IMG/VR virus record: IMGVR_UViG_3300032190_000018
Coordinates: 1 to 28,432 of that record
Source of the DNA: a virus
Lineage: Duplodnaviria; Caudoviricetes
Reading direction: 5' to 3' (one strand)
Length of the DNA: 28,432 nt
The position numbers and the translations under genes are program-made. The notes under the pieces were generated by a model, which was given only the letters and a program-made list of their open reading frames with translations, had not been told where the DNA came from and did not search any database. This document shows positions 7,800 to 17,172 of the stretch, one piece after another (the first letter of the stretch is position 1; each line of letters opens with the position of its first letter).

Positions 7800-9014
7800 A
7801 TGCAAGGTATGAAAACTGCACTTGAGTTAAGACAAGAGCGTGCAAATATTTGGGAGCAGGCCAAGGCTCTCATTGAAAAAGCGGAAGAAGAAAACCGTGA
7901 TCTAACTGCCGAAGAACAGGAGCAGTACGACCGTATGATGCAGGACATGGAAAGCCTGCGCAAGCGCTATGAGCGCCTTGAAGAACAAGAGCGCTTAGAA
8001 GCTGAAATGCGGCAATCAATTAACGAGCCGCACAAGCCGAACCCGCAAAACCCGAATGAACCCGAAAAACGTGATAGCAACCCTTTGGCAGCTAAAGAGT
8101 ACCGGGAAGCTTTCTGGCAGCAATTCCGCTACGGTAAAAACATCCTTGGCGCTGAGGAAATGCGCTCCTTGAATGTGGGTAGCGACTCCGCTGGCGGATA
8201 CATGGTACCGGACGAGTTTGAGCGTCAATTGATCCAAGGACTGGAAGAGGAAAATATCATGCGTGGCTATGCCACTGTCATCCAAACCTCATCCGGCGAC
8301 CGGTCGATCCCGGTAGTAACTTCGCACGGTCAGGCTTACTGGGCCGGGGAAGAGAAGGACTATAAAGAAAGCGACGACAAATTCGGGCAAAAAACCTTGG
8401 GCGCTCATAAGATTACTGTGTTGATGAAAGTATCGGAAGAGCTGTTAAATGATGCATTCTTTAACCTGGAGAACTACGTCCGGCGTGAATTTGCACGCCG
8501 TGTAGGCGTCAAAGAAGAAGAAGCATTTATTAGCGGTGACGGTGTGGGCAAGCCCAGGGGGATAATCCTTGACGCTGACGTAGGCAAGATTACGGCCGCC
8601 AACAATGCCATAACTGCTGATGAACTGATTGATTTGTTCTACTCTCTCAAGCGCCCGTACCGCATCCGGGCTACCTGGATGTTTAACGATTCCACTGCCA
8701 AGGTGATCCGCAAACTCAAAGACAACGACGGTCAGTACATCTGGCAGCCGGGCTTGCAGGCTGGCCAACCAGACCGCTTGATGGGTCGCCCGATAGCGAT
8801 ATCCTCAGCCATGCCGGAAATTAACGCCGGTGCAAAGGTTATTGCATTTGGTGACCTGTCTTTCTACTGGGTTGCTGACCGCCAGGGGCGCGTTTTTCAG
8901 CGTCTGGGTGAGCTCTATGCTACCAGTGGTCAAGTTGGATTCCGCGCGTACCAGCGCGTGGACGGCGCTTTGATCCTGGCTGAAGCTGTTAAAGTTATGC
9001 AGATGCACGTTTAA
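7800..9014 (+). CDS. HK97-family major capsid protein
   Basis: Coiled-coil delta domain, GGYMVPDEF, VSEELLND, GDGVGKPRGI, RKLKDNDGQYIWQPGL, GQVGFRAYQRVDG. Confidence 0.97.
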   Translation: MQGMKTALELRQERANIWEQAKALIEKAEEENRDLTAEEQEQYDRMMQDMESLRKRYERLEEQERLEAEMRQSINEPHKPNPQNPNEPEKRDSNPLAAKEYREAFWQQFRYGKNILGAEEMRSLNVGSDSAGGYMVPDEFERQLIQGLEEENIMRGYATVIQTSSGDRSIPVVTSHGQAYWAGEEKDYKESDDKFGQKTLGAHKITVLMKVSEELLNDAFFNLENYVRREFARRVGVKEEEAFISGDGVGKPRGIILDADVGKITAANNAITADELIDLFYSLKRPYRIRATWMFNDSTAKVIRKLKDNDGQYIWQPGLQAGQPDRLMGRPIAISSAMPEINAGAKVIAFGDLSFYWVADRQGRVFQRLGELYATSGQVGFRAYQRVDGALILAEAVKVMQMHV

Positions 9015-9059
9015 TTAGCGTGTATCTGCTTTTCCAAATCCTTAGGAGGTAGATAACCA

Positions 9060-9473
9060 ATGATGCGCGATTTGCATAATAACATTAAAGCTGTACGGGC
9101 TATAAGCCCCGTGGTCGTGGCTGACGATACTGCTCAGGTGGGTCAAATTATTGACCGCCAGGGTTTTGAATCCCTGGAATTTGTAATTCTGACTGGGACA
9201 CTGGCTGATGCGGATGCAACCTTTGCTGTTTTAGTGGAGCACGGTGACGCTTCTGATTTATCAGACGCCGATGCCGTGGCCGACAATGATCTCTTGGGTA
9301 CCGAGGCCGACGCGAGCTTTACTGCAGCTGATGATAATGCAGTAAAAAAGATCGGCTACAAAGGGGAGAAGAGGTACGTCCGCCTGACTATAACTCCATC
9401 GGGTAATGCTGCTAACGCGTCGTTGGCGGCCGTGGCCATTCTGAGCCATGCGTTTGATAAGCCCGTGTCTTAA
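9060..9473 (+). CDS. head decoration/cement-like protein
   Basis: GGAGG RBS; beta-rich 137 aa directly after the capsid gene (IDRQGFES, GYKGEKRYVRL). Confidence 0.6.
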   Translation: MMRDLHNNIKAVRAISPVVVADDTAQVGQIIDRQGFESLEFVILTGTLADADATFAVLVEHGDASDLSDADAVADNDLLGTEADASFTAADDNAVKKIGYKGEKRYVRLTITPSGNAANASLAAVAILSHAFDKPVS

Positions 9474-9496
9474 GTTAAGTGTTGGGAAATAAGTGA

Positions 9497-9520
9497 CGGG
9501 CAGGCAATTTAGCCTGCCCG
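9497..9520 (+). terminator. GC-rich hairpin after the capsid genes
   Basis: CGGGCAGGC-aattta-GCCTGCCCG, perfect 9-bp stem but only a weak U-tract. Confidence 0.55.
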
Positions 9521-9547
9521 CCAATATATTATTCTGAGGTGCATGCT

Positions 9548-9913
9548 ATGAAAATTAAAATTTTAACCTCGTTGGCTGGCATAAACTTTAGTTATTCCGT
9601 AGGTCAGATTGCTGAAGTTGATGATAAAACGGCAATACACTGGGTTAAAGCGGGCCTGGCTGAGCCTGTGGACGCCAAGCAATTTGAAAATGCTGTAATA
9701 GAGCCGCCTGAAAATGCGGCGTTAAAGGCTGCCAAAGACAAATATCCCAAACATATTGGCGGCGGCTGGTATGAGTTGCCTAATGGCGAAAAGGTAAAGG
9801 GAAAAGATGAAGCACTGGAGGCCATGGCTAAATTAGAAAAAGGCGGGAACGAGGAAGGCGGGGATGTAGATGCCGCTGGAGGCGAACGCCCTGACGACAA
9901 AGGAAACGGTTAA
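9548..9913 (+). CDS. small head-associated phage protein
   Basis: GAGGTG RBS, ATG 9548; KHIGGGWYELPNGEKVKGK segment; usual slot between capsid and connector genes. Confidence 0.65.
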   Translation: MKIKILTSLAGINFSYSVGQIAEVDDKTAIHWVKAGLAEPVDAKQFENAVIEPPENAALKAAKDKYPKHIGGGWYELPNGEKVKGKDEALEAMAKLEKGGNEEGGDVDAAGGERPDDKGNG

Positions 9914-10469
9914 ATCTTTCTTAAAAATTAATGAAGCTGATACATCTCAGGATATTTTGATAGAAATGTTAATTAACGCTGTATCAAGCAACATAGAAGT
10001 CTATTGTAACCGACGATTTGGTCAAAACCAGTATACCGATGAAGTTTATTCTGGAAACGGTGACATCTACTTGATTTTAAACCAGTTTCCAGTTTTAGAA
10101 GTGGCTGCTGTGAAAATTGATAATGAAGAGGTCACTGATTACGAATTAAAACCTGATAGCGGCATTCTCTTCCGGGAGGCCAGCTGGCCAGAAGGTGAGC
10201 GGAATATTAAGGTAAGCTATAAGGCCGGTTATGTTTTACCTAAGGATGACACAGAGCAATCGCCCCGTACCCTGCCGCACGATCTGGAACTTGCTTGCAT
10301 AATCTGGGTCATGTATTTATTTGAAAGAAAGGATAGCTTTGGTAAGGATAATGAAAGAATTGAAGGGATTAGTTATCAATATTCAAAACAAACGCTTGGT
10401 GTAAATGTGCTTGATGCGCCACCCGAGGTCCTAGCTTTAATAAATCTGCATAGGAAGTTGACTGTATGA
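9870..10469 (+). CDS. head-tail connector/adaptor (gp6-like)
   Basis: VKSFLKI...DILIEMLINAVSSNIEVYCNR, YKAGY, LPHDLELAC pattern and gene position. Confidence 0.8.
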   Translation: MPLEANALTTKETVKSFLKINEADTSQDILIEMLINAVSSNIEVYCNRRFGQNQYTDEVYSGNGDIYLILNQFPVLEVAAVKIDNEEVTDYELKPDSGILFREASWPEGERNIKVSYKAGYVLPKDDTEQSPRTLPHDLELACIIWVMYLFERKDSFGKDNERIEGISYQYSKQTLGVNVLDAPPEVLALINLHRKLTV

Positions 10470-10927
10470 GAGTAAATGATAACAACCGTATACCGAAACT
10501 AATTAAGGTGTTAAAGGAGTTGAGCAAAAAACATGTAGAAATCGGTGTTTTTGGCGATAACAATAGGTGGTTTTTATACATGGTGGCCCGCGTCCATGAA
10601 TTTGGAACCGACATAAAAGTAACGCCCAGAATGAGGGCGTTTTTTGCTTACCAGGGGCATCCTCTGAAAAGCGAAACAAAGAGAATCCATATCCCGGAGC
10701 GGAGTTTTATACGTACAGCTCACGACGAAAACATCAAAGCTCTGGAAAGCTATATGGAAAAACTGCTGGTAGGTGTATTAGAACTTAAAATGTCTGCCGA
10801 TCAGTTTTATGAAAAAGTTGGGGAATGGATGGTTGAAAAAATACAGCAAAAAATTACCGATGTTGGCTTGGTTAAAACGGGGGCACTCCGGGACAGTATT
10901 ACTTACCGGGTGGTTGAGGATAAATGA
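10466..10927 (+). CDS. neck/tail-completion protein
   Basis: VEIGVF, ARVHEFG, HIPERSFIR, TGALRDSITY motifs. Confidence 0.75.
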   Translation: MRVNDNNRIPKLIKVLKELSKKHVEIGVFGDNNRWFLYMVARVHEFGTDIKVTPRMRAFFAYQGHPLKSETKRIHIPERSFIRTAHDENIKALESYMEKLLVGVLELKMSADQFYEKVGEWMVEKIQQKITDVGLVKTGALRDSITYRVVEDK

Positions 10928-11247
10928 AGCTGCCGCGCAAATTTAAGACAATCATTTACAAGATCGAAGAAACCGGCGGTTATTACGCCGACAATGGCAA
11001 GTGGGTTCCTGGCACCCAGCAAGAAGTCCCCGTTGAGGCCGTTGTCATGCCGCTTAATAATGAAGATCTGCAATATGACGAGAACGGTACCTATACTTCC
11101 CTTGATCGAAAAATTTATACCCAGGAGCAGTTTGAGTTGGGTCAGAAAGTAAGGATCGGGAGTGACATATTCAAGATCAACGAGGGTAAGGACTACGGCG
11201 ACTACGCTGGGATCTGGATTTACTTTGCCGTTAGGGCGGGTGATTAA
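10924..11247 (+). CDS. head closure/stopper protein
   Basis: GYYADNGKWVPG, small beta-rich protein in the neck cluster; overlapping start/stop. Confidence 0.65.
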   Translation: MKLPRKFKTIIYKIEETGGYYADNGKWVPGTQQEVPVEAVVMPLNNEDLQYDENGTYTSLDRKIYTQEQFELGQKVRIGSDIFKINEGKDYGDYAGIWIYFAVRAGD

Positions 11248-11766
11248 ATGGATTACGCAGCCATAAGGGACTACATAAATACACAATTAAAAGCTTATCT
11301 GAAAATACCAGTCATCATAGGTGACCAGGTGGGAGAAAAGCCTGAATACCCGTTCCTGCGCACCAAGTTCACCATGCCTTTTAACCCGGAATTCCCGGTA
11401 CCTTTGAACGCCCCCGAAACCTTTGAAACGGTACCCAGCCAGGACCCGAACTGGGAGTACGACGTAGAAATTACCCGGCGTACGAACCCGTCAATGTCCC
11501 TGAGCATAACAGCTTACGCCCTGGATGAGGACCAGGCTGTGGAGTTGGCCATCAAGGCACACAACTGGTTTTCGTTTTACGCATACGACGACCTGCGCAG
11601 CGCGGGCATCGTAGTTGCCGGCATCGGCGCTATCCACAACCGGGACACGCTGATTGTCGGAGACTACGAGCGCAGGCAGGGGTTCGACGTAACCCTGCAG
11701 GTGAGGCAGGAGCTTAAGAAGACTGTACCCACCATTGAAGGGGTGGAGTACGACGCGAATTTGTAA
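11248..11766 (+). CDS. tail terminator/neck protein
   Basis: Directly before the sheath gene; KPEYPF and YERRQGFDVTL motifs. Confidence 0.7.
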   Translation: MDYAAIRDYINTQLKAYLKIPVIIGDQVGEKPEYPFLRTKFTMPFNPEFPVPLNAPETFETVPSQDPNWEYDVEITRRTNPSMSLSITAYALDEDQAVELAIKAHNWFSFYAYDDLRSAGIVVAGIGAIHNRDTLIVGDYERRQGFDVTLQVRQELKKTVPTIEGVEYDANL

Positions 11767-11778
11767 AGGAGTGATACC

Positions 11779-12795
11779 ATGCCTAATTACAGCGACGTAA
11801 CTGTCACCATTACGTCCACCAGGCCGGCGGTAACCCAGATAGGCTTCGGGGTGCCGCTTATTTTTAGTACCAGCGGAGCTCATGACTATAAAGAATACAA
11901 CCGGCTGTCCGAAGTTGAAGTTGACTTTGCCCAGGGAACGCCGGAATATGCAATGGCTCAGGCAATTTTTGCCCAGGACCCGGCGCCGGAGAAGATAGCT
12001 ATTTACGGCATCGCTTATGCATCGGGCACGGATCCCGTAACCGATCTTTCTGATGCACTGAATACCCTGGTTAAATCGCACAACGACTGGTATTTCCTGC
12101 TCTGCACTGAGAGCGGAGCAGCTGAAATTGCCGAGCTGGACAGCTGGGTTTCCGGCACAAACAAAATGTTTTTTACCCGCACCACCAACCAGGCAGACCC
12201 GGTAAATTATAATTCCGAGCGCACGGTTATGTTTTTCGGCACCAACGCCGATACCGAGTACCCGGACGCGGCCTGGGTGGGGCGCTGTGCTCCGGAGCCG
12301 GTCGGGCGGATTACCTGGAAATATAAAACCCTGGAAGGTATTTCGACAGAGGCCATTTCCGTTGATGACCTTGAAACGCTGCACGACAACGGCGGCGTCA
12401 CTTACATCAACAAGTTCGGCACGCCGCAAACTTCAGAGGGTATCGCTACCAACGGCAGTTACATCGACGTAACCAGATCCAAGGACTGGATTGTTGCCGA
12501 GATGACCAAGCAGGTGCATGAGTTACTTTTTAGCGTGCCCAAAATCCCGTACACTTTGGACGGTGTCGCGATGGTGGTGGACCGGGTTAAGCGGGTCCTG
12601 GAGCTGGCCGTTGACCAGGGCATTATTGACAAAGACGCCGATGGAAACGGCCTGTGGACCGTTGTACCGCCGTCCCTGGACGAGATCGACGCTGCCAAGA
12701 AGGAGCAAAGGATACTGCCCGGGGTTTATTTCGAAGCCACGCCCACCGGGGCTGTCCATGGTATGGAAATTACCGGCGTAGTGTTCGCCAGCTAA
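11779..12795 (+). CDS. contractile tail sheath (DUF3383-like)
   Basis: SDVTVTI...IGFGVPLI N-terminus, AIFAQDPAP, TWKYKTLEGI, GSYIDVTRSKDW, KIPYT, GAVHG. Confidence 0.88.
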   Translation: MPNYSDVTVTITSTRPAVTQIGFGVPLIFSTSGAHDYKEYNRLSEVEVDFAQGTPEYAMAQAIFAQDPAPEKIAIYGIAYASGTDPVTDLSDALNTLVKSHNDWYFLLCTESGAAEIAELDSWVSGTNKMFFTRTTNQADPVNYNSERTVMFFGTNADTEYPDAAWVGRCAPEPVGRITWKYKTLEGISTEAISVDDLETLHDNGGVTYINKFGTPQTSEGIATNGSYIDVTRSKDWIVAEMTKQVHELLFSVPKIPYTLDGVAMVVDRVKRVLELAVDQGIIDKDADGNGLWTVVPPSLDEIDAAKKEQRILPGVYFEATPTGAVHGMEITGVVFAS

Positions 12796-12807
12796 GGAGG
12801 GGTACAG

Positions 12808-13206
12808 ATGGATTACGATCCCAGGAATGTTAAGCTCGTTGTAAACGGGGAAACCGTCACCGGGTATGCTGAGGATACGTTCATCCGGGCCAGCAAAGAT
12901 GAGGATAACTACAGCATTCATGTCGGGGCCCAGGGCGAAGTTACACGGTCCCGTATTGCTCACCCGGTTGGCACGATAACGGTGACGCTGAAATCTACCA
13001 GCCCGTTTAACGCCAAGTTTGCGAAGCTGGCACAGAGCAAGGAATACTTTGCCGCGCACATCACTGACGGAAACACCGGTGCCACCAACGTGGGCGGAAG
13101 CAAATGCTTCTTTTTGAAGCCCGCTGACCGCGAGTGGGGCCGGGAGGAAAGCGAGCGGGAGTGGACGATTAAGGTGCTGGATTACGTGCCGCTGGAGAGT
13201 GAATAA
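12808..13206 (+). CDS. tail tube protein (DUF3277-like)
   Basis: YDPRNV, VGAQGEVTRS, GTITVTLKSTSPFN, EREWTI; follows the sheath gene. Confidence 0.85.
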   Translation: MDYDPRNVKLVVNGETVTGYAEDTFIRASKDEDNYSIHVGAQGEVTRSRIAHPVGTITVTLKSTSPFNAKFAKLAQSKEYFAAHITDGNTGATNVGGSKCFFLKPADREWGREESEREWTIKVLDYVPLESE

Positions 13207-13207
13207 G

Positions 13208-13234
13208 ATAACCCCCGGGCAATTCGGGGGTTAT
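13208..13234. terminator. bidirectional terminator between convergent genes
   Basis: ATAACCCCCG-ggcaatt-CGGGGGTTAT followed by TTT. Confidence 0.75.
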
Positions 13235-13816
13235 TTTAAAACTCCTTTTTTCTTTAATTCAAGTAATTTCTCGTACAATATTTTAATTCGCTTGGGACAC
13301 CCAAATTCAATTTGAGATTCATAAAGTTCTTTAATGAAATCATCTTTTTCTGGTGGCAAGTTAGCTAAAGTACCTTTTGCAGCTGGGTAACCCAAGCATA
13401 CAGATGATGTGAAAGATAGTATATGATTTCGCACAATTCCACCTTGGTATAATGCGCTTTGGTAGTCTTTATGGTTTACTGCTTCCGATTGCGCAAAGTT
13501 TATCTCGCTTCTTAATGTCTTATATTCATCCTTCATTTTCTTTACTTTTTTGTATATAGGAATCAACTCATTGGCAAGCTGTGCTCTGGTTATTTCTCCT
13601 TTTTCCCATTTTGTATAACTACTTTTAATTTGTTTAAGGTAAGACAATGTTTCCTCTAGTTTAATAGCTTCCCATTTTGCCAATTGTATCAATTCAGGCG
13701 GGTAGTTATCGGGCATTTTAGTATTTTTTTTTCGACTGGCTATCTGCTTGCTGGCTGCAAGAAGCAATAAACAAGCAAACAATTACAACTAAAGAAATTA
13801 AGACTACTCGTTTCAA
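13231..13816 (-). pseudogene. reverse-strand AT-rich lipoprotein moron, frameshifted at an A9 tract
   Basis: RBS AAGGAGGAG and TTG at 13816 give MKRVVLISLVVIVCLFIASCSQQADSQSKKKY* (lipobox IASC). The body (NTKMPDNYPPEL...KKKGVLK) is in the +1 frame after the A9 run (T run 13724-13732 on +). Confidence 0.75.
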
Positions 13817-13894
13817 ATAAGTCTCCTCCTTAAACTTATTGAGATTATTTTATTTTAAATGATATTGTTAATCAATGAAAGGATGTGTCGAAAT

Positions 13895-14179
13895 ATGGCA
13901 AGGCAAGAAAAAGTGATTATTGACGGTGTTGAATATACTTTGCAGCACCCAGGCGCTGTTTGGTACTTGGACATGAATGACAGGTGCCGTGGCCCTCACG
14001 GTTTAAAAATGTTGCCTTACGCCAAGGAAGTATTGGAGCATGTTGTTATTGAGCCCAGGTTGAGCGTGGAAGATTTTGATGATGACCTTGCTGCATTGGA
14101 AAAATTATTGAGTGAAGTGGAAAAGTTTCTTCGGCGCAAGAAAAAGCAGAGCAATAATAAAGCGAAGGGCCAGGAATAA
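13895..14179 (+). CDS. tail assembly chaperone (G-like)
   Basis: RBS GAAAGGATG, ATG 13895; IDGVEYTLQHPG; lies between tube and tape measure. Confidence 0.75.
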   Translation: MARQEKVIIDGVEYTLQHPGAVWYLDMNDRCRGPHGLKMLPYAKEVLEHVVIEPRLSVEDFDDDLAALEKLLSEVEKFLRRKKKQSNNKAKGQE

Positions 14180-14309
14180 ACTGGCTTTCTGGCGGCTTGT
14201 ATTTAGCGGTATAAGCTATGAAGAAGCAAAAAAAATGGACTGGGATGAGATACTAGAAGCGAATGAAGCGCTTAATCTACTTACCCCGAAAGTGAAAGGG
14301 GGTAAATGA
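14112..14309 (+). CDS. tail assembly chaperone extension (T-like), probably read by frameshift
   Basis: Overlaps the chaperone 3' end in the +1 frame, lacks a clear RBS; FWRLV...EEAKKMDWDEILEANEAL; stop overlaps the tape measure start. Confidence 0.65.
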   Translation: MKWKSFFGARKSRAIIKRRARNKLAFWRLVFSGISYEEAKKMDWDEILEANEALNLLTPKVKGGK

Positions 14310-16225
14310 TGCCAGCACTTAGGGAATTAGTTAATAAAATCGGCTTTAAGGTAGACTTCCGCGGACTACGCCGGGCTGAAGTTGAAACAGACCGTTTTGC
14401 CCAGGGGTTTGCCGAGGAGTTCAAGGAAGCGGGGATAAAGATTGAGCGGGAAATTGAAAGGATCGATCAATCTATCCGCGGTATCCACGATCCTCAAATA
14501 GACGCTTCTCAAAGCATTAATGAAATTCAACGCTTACAGAATGAAGTGGAGGAATTGAGACAAGAACTTAGGCGATTAGAACAACAGGGGCGAGATACAA
14601 ATAATACACTTGGAAATATAGACTTCGGAGCTTTAGCCGGCGCGGGTGGTGCCGGCCTGGCCCTTGGTGTTATGCAGGATGTGGATAATTCTGCGGCAGA
14701 TATCCAGGCACAGTTAGCGATAACCAGAAAAGAAGCCGAGGTCCTGCGCGGCGTGGCGATAGATGTATTTAAAGATAATTTTGCGGATAGTATTACAGAT
14801 GCTACTCAAGGTGTTGTTCTGCTTAATCGCGTAACCGGGAAAACCAATGAAGAGCTAGAAAAAACAGCAAAAAAAGCCTTCCTTATAAGAGAGGCATTTC
14901 CAGATGCCTCTGCTGATATTCGAGAAATTGTTGATGCAACAAGGGCAGTTGCTTTTACCATGGAAATGGACTTTGATCGTGCTCTAGACGTTATTGCTAC
15001 AGGTTTTGTTAAGAATTTAAATATCTCTGATGATTGGCTTGATACCGCCCGAGAGTTTTCTCCTAGCTTTAAGCGAATTGGCGCAGATGCTGAAAAAATG
15101 CTGGCTATAATTAGAACCGGTTTGGATTTGGGTATTCGTGACACTGACCGGATGGCTGACTCCATTAATGAATTTGGTATTCTAGTACAAGAAGGCGACA
15201 ACGAGGGCTTATTTAATGTTGCAAAATCAATAGCAAAAACAGATCGGGCCGCTCAAAAACTAGTTAAAACATGGCAAAAAGATTTTGCACGAGGCGGAGA
15301 ATCAGCTGCAAGGGTAACAAATGAAATTGTAAAAGGCCTCTTTGCGATAAAAGATCCATTAAAGCGAAACGAATATGGGATAAAACTATTCGGAACCATG
15401 TGGGAAGACACCGCTGGCGCGGTGGGTAAAGCATTACTTGAGGCTCAGGGGAAAGAAATAGAATTGCTTAACGCTACTGAAATCCTTGGCATCAAGCACG
15501 AAACTGCAGCTGAGAGAATAAAAGGTTTTGGTCGGTCATTGTTAGGTGATATCATTGCCCCGCTTGAAGATTTCGGGCCGATGCTAAACTTGGGTATTCA
15601 AGGTTTAACGAGTTTGGGCATGGCTTTGTTTGCGGCTCAAGGATTTGGACTAACGTTTGGCGGTGTAATGACCGCAGTTGGAACTGCTGTAAGATTTGCG
15701 CTTGGGCCAATAGGGCTGGCGATAACAGCAATAGGCCTAATAGGTTGGGCAGTTAAGGAAAATTGGGGCTTAATAATCGAATACACTGGCACCCTTAAAC
15801 AGCGCTGGACAACCTTCTGGGATACCATCCGCAACAATGCAGTCGAAAACATTAACGAAGTTATCGACGGCCTCAACTGGCTGATTGAAAAAATCAACCT
15901 CATCCCGGGCATTAAAATTGGCACAATACACAAAATCGGCCAGGACGCACCCGGTGGAGGCATGCACATCCCTGAGCCGCCCGGCCTGGCCTACGGCGGC
16001 GAAGTAACTCGTTCCGGGTTAACCTTGGTCGGCGAGCGCGGCCCGGAGCTTTTACACCTGCCGGCCGGCGCCCAGGTACAGCCGTTACCTGCTGCGGCGA
16101 CGGGAGGCGACACGTACACCATTAACATTTACGCCCCCAGCGGCGACGCAAGGGACATCGTGCGCGAGATTGACAACTACTTCAGGCGCCTGGCCGTCAA
16201 GCGGCCGCAGACTACCGAGAGGTAG
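14306..16225 (+). CDS. tail tape measure protein
   Basis: Long helical Ala/Gly-rich protein with LFGTMWED, a hydrophobic segment, and C-terminal LAYGG...LVGERGPEL. Confidence 0.9.
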   Translation: MMPALRELVNKIGFKVDFRGLRRAEVETDRFAQGFAEEFKEAGIKIEREIERIDQSIRGIHDPQIDASQSINEIQRLQNEVEELRQELRRLEQQGRDTNNTLGNIDFGALAGAGGAGLALGVMQDVDNSAADIQAQLAITRKEAEVLRGVAIDVFKDNFADSITDATQGVVLLNRVTGKTNEELEKTAKKAFLIREAFPDASADIREIVDATRAVAFTMEMDFDRALDVIATGFVKNLNISDDWLDTAREFSPSFKRIGADAEKMLAIIRTGLDLGIRDTDRMADSINEFGILVQEGDNEGLFNVAKSIAKTDRAAQKLVKTWQKDFARGGESAARVTNEIVKGLFAIKDPLKRNEYGIKLFGTMWEDTAGAVGKALLEAQGKEIELLNATEILGIKHETAAERIKGFGRSLLGDIIAPLEDFGPMLNLGIQGLTSLGMALFAAQGFGLTFGGVMTAVGTAVRFALGPIGLAITAIGLIGWAVKENWGLIIEYTGTLKQRWTTFWDTIRNNAVENINEVIDGLNWLIEKINLIPGIKIGTIHKIGQDAPGGGMHIPEPPGLAYGGEVTRSGLTLVGERGPELLHLPAGAQVQPLPAAATGGDTYTINIYAPSGDARDIVREIDNYFRRLAVKRPQTTER

Positions 16226-16233
16226 GGAATAAT

Positions 16234-17172
16234 ATGGCACGAGCTATTCTTAGCAAGAAAAACAGCGACACAGAAAGAGTAGAATTTGACGTTGTTTATG
16301 ACGAGGAACCGCAGTTCAGAAACCGGGTTACGGAGAAACCGGTAGAGAGCGGCGTTGACATTGTCGATCACGCCGAACCTCTGCCTTATACTTTCAGGCT
16401 TACCGGCATCGTGACAGGAGATGAGCATGGCCACGATGATGCGGCAGAGAAATTGAGGCAGTTGAAGGCATTCAGAAACCACAGGGAAATACTCACTTAT
16501 GTGGGGAGAAACTTAGTAGACAACGTTGTAATTGAGGAACTGATCACTACCCACGATGCCAAAAACCGGGACGGCTTTAATTTTACTTTGACTTTGAAGC
16601 AGGTGCGCATCGCCGACAGCGTGATAAACTCGGGCGGCACTCCACCGGTTGGGCCGGACCCCGTGACCGGCGGAGATGCAGAACACCAGACAAAGTCTGT
16701 GCAGGACTTGGGAATTGTGAGATATACGTCCAAGCCCTGCGATGAAGAAGTGATAAAGAAAATTGAAAACACCTTAGGCGTAGAAATAGGAGAAGTTGAA
16801 AGAGATAGGATTTACTACCTGCCTGTAGAGAAAGAAAAAATACCGTGCAAGTTCAAAACGTACATCGACTACAGCCCGTATGAGATCACTATTATGTACA
16901 ATGCCGAGGGCGACTTCTTTACCTGGAACATAAAGCATCCAAAAGTACCAGGCTATTCGTTTTATAACGGCAAAATAGTGTATGGTTTACCTGTGAAATT
17001 GCCCAAAACACGGGGCAGCCAGTACGACAATTTAGGTCGCTCCGGCAGAGCAGTGCTTTGGCCAATTGACATTACGGGTAAAGTAACCCGGGTGGGCTAT
17101 GACAACCTGGGTGAAGAAGTCTTGATCTACGTGATCCCTGAAAGTTCGGTAAGGGGCGGGTTCCCGTGGTAA
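16234..17172 (+). CDS. tail tube initiator/baseplate hub protein with fused C-terminal domain
   Basis: VTEKPVESGVDIVDH and FTLTLKQVRI motifs of the gene that follows tape measures in this myophage type. Confidence 0.75.
   Translation: MARAILSKKNSDTERVEFDVVYDEEPQFRNRVTEKPVESGVDIVDHAEPLPYTFRLTGIVTGDEHGHDDAAEKLRQLKAFRNHREILTYVGRNLVDNVVIEELITTHDAKNRDGFNFTLTLKQVRIADSVINSGGTPPVGPDPVTGGDAEHQTKSVQDLGIVRYTSKPCDEEVIKKIENTLGVEIGEVERDRIYYLPVEKEKIPCKFKTYIDYSPYEITIMYNAEGDFFTWNIKHPKVPGYSFYNGKIVYGLPVKLPKTRGSQYDNLGRSGRAVLWPIDITGKVTRVGYDNLGEEVLIYVIPESSVRGGFPW

Noticed and set aside
11491-12429. 312-aa minus-strand ORF and similar antisense ORFs (e.g. 3168-3812, 12523-13059)
   Set aside because: They are shadows of GC-rich, well-supported + strand structural genes and show no motifs or RBS.
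13231-13782. ORF-track start at 13782 (MFACLLLL...)
   Set aside because: It has no RBS. The real RBS and signal peptide are in another frame starting at 13816.
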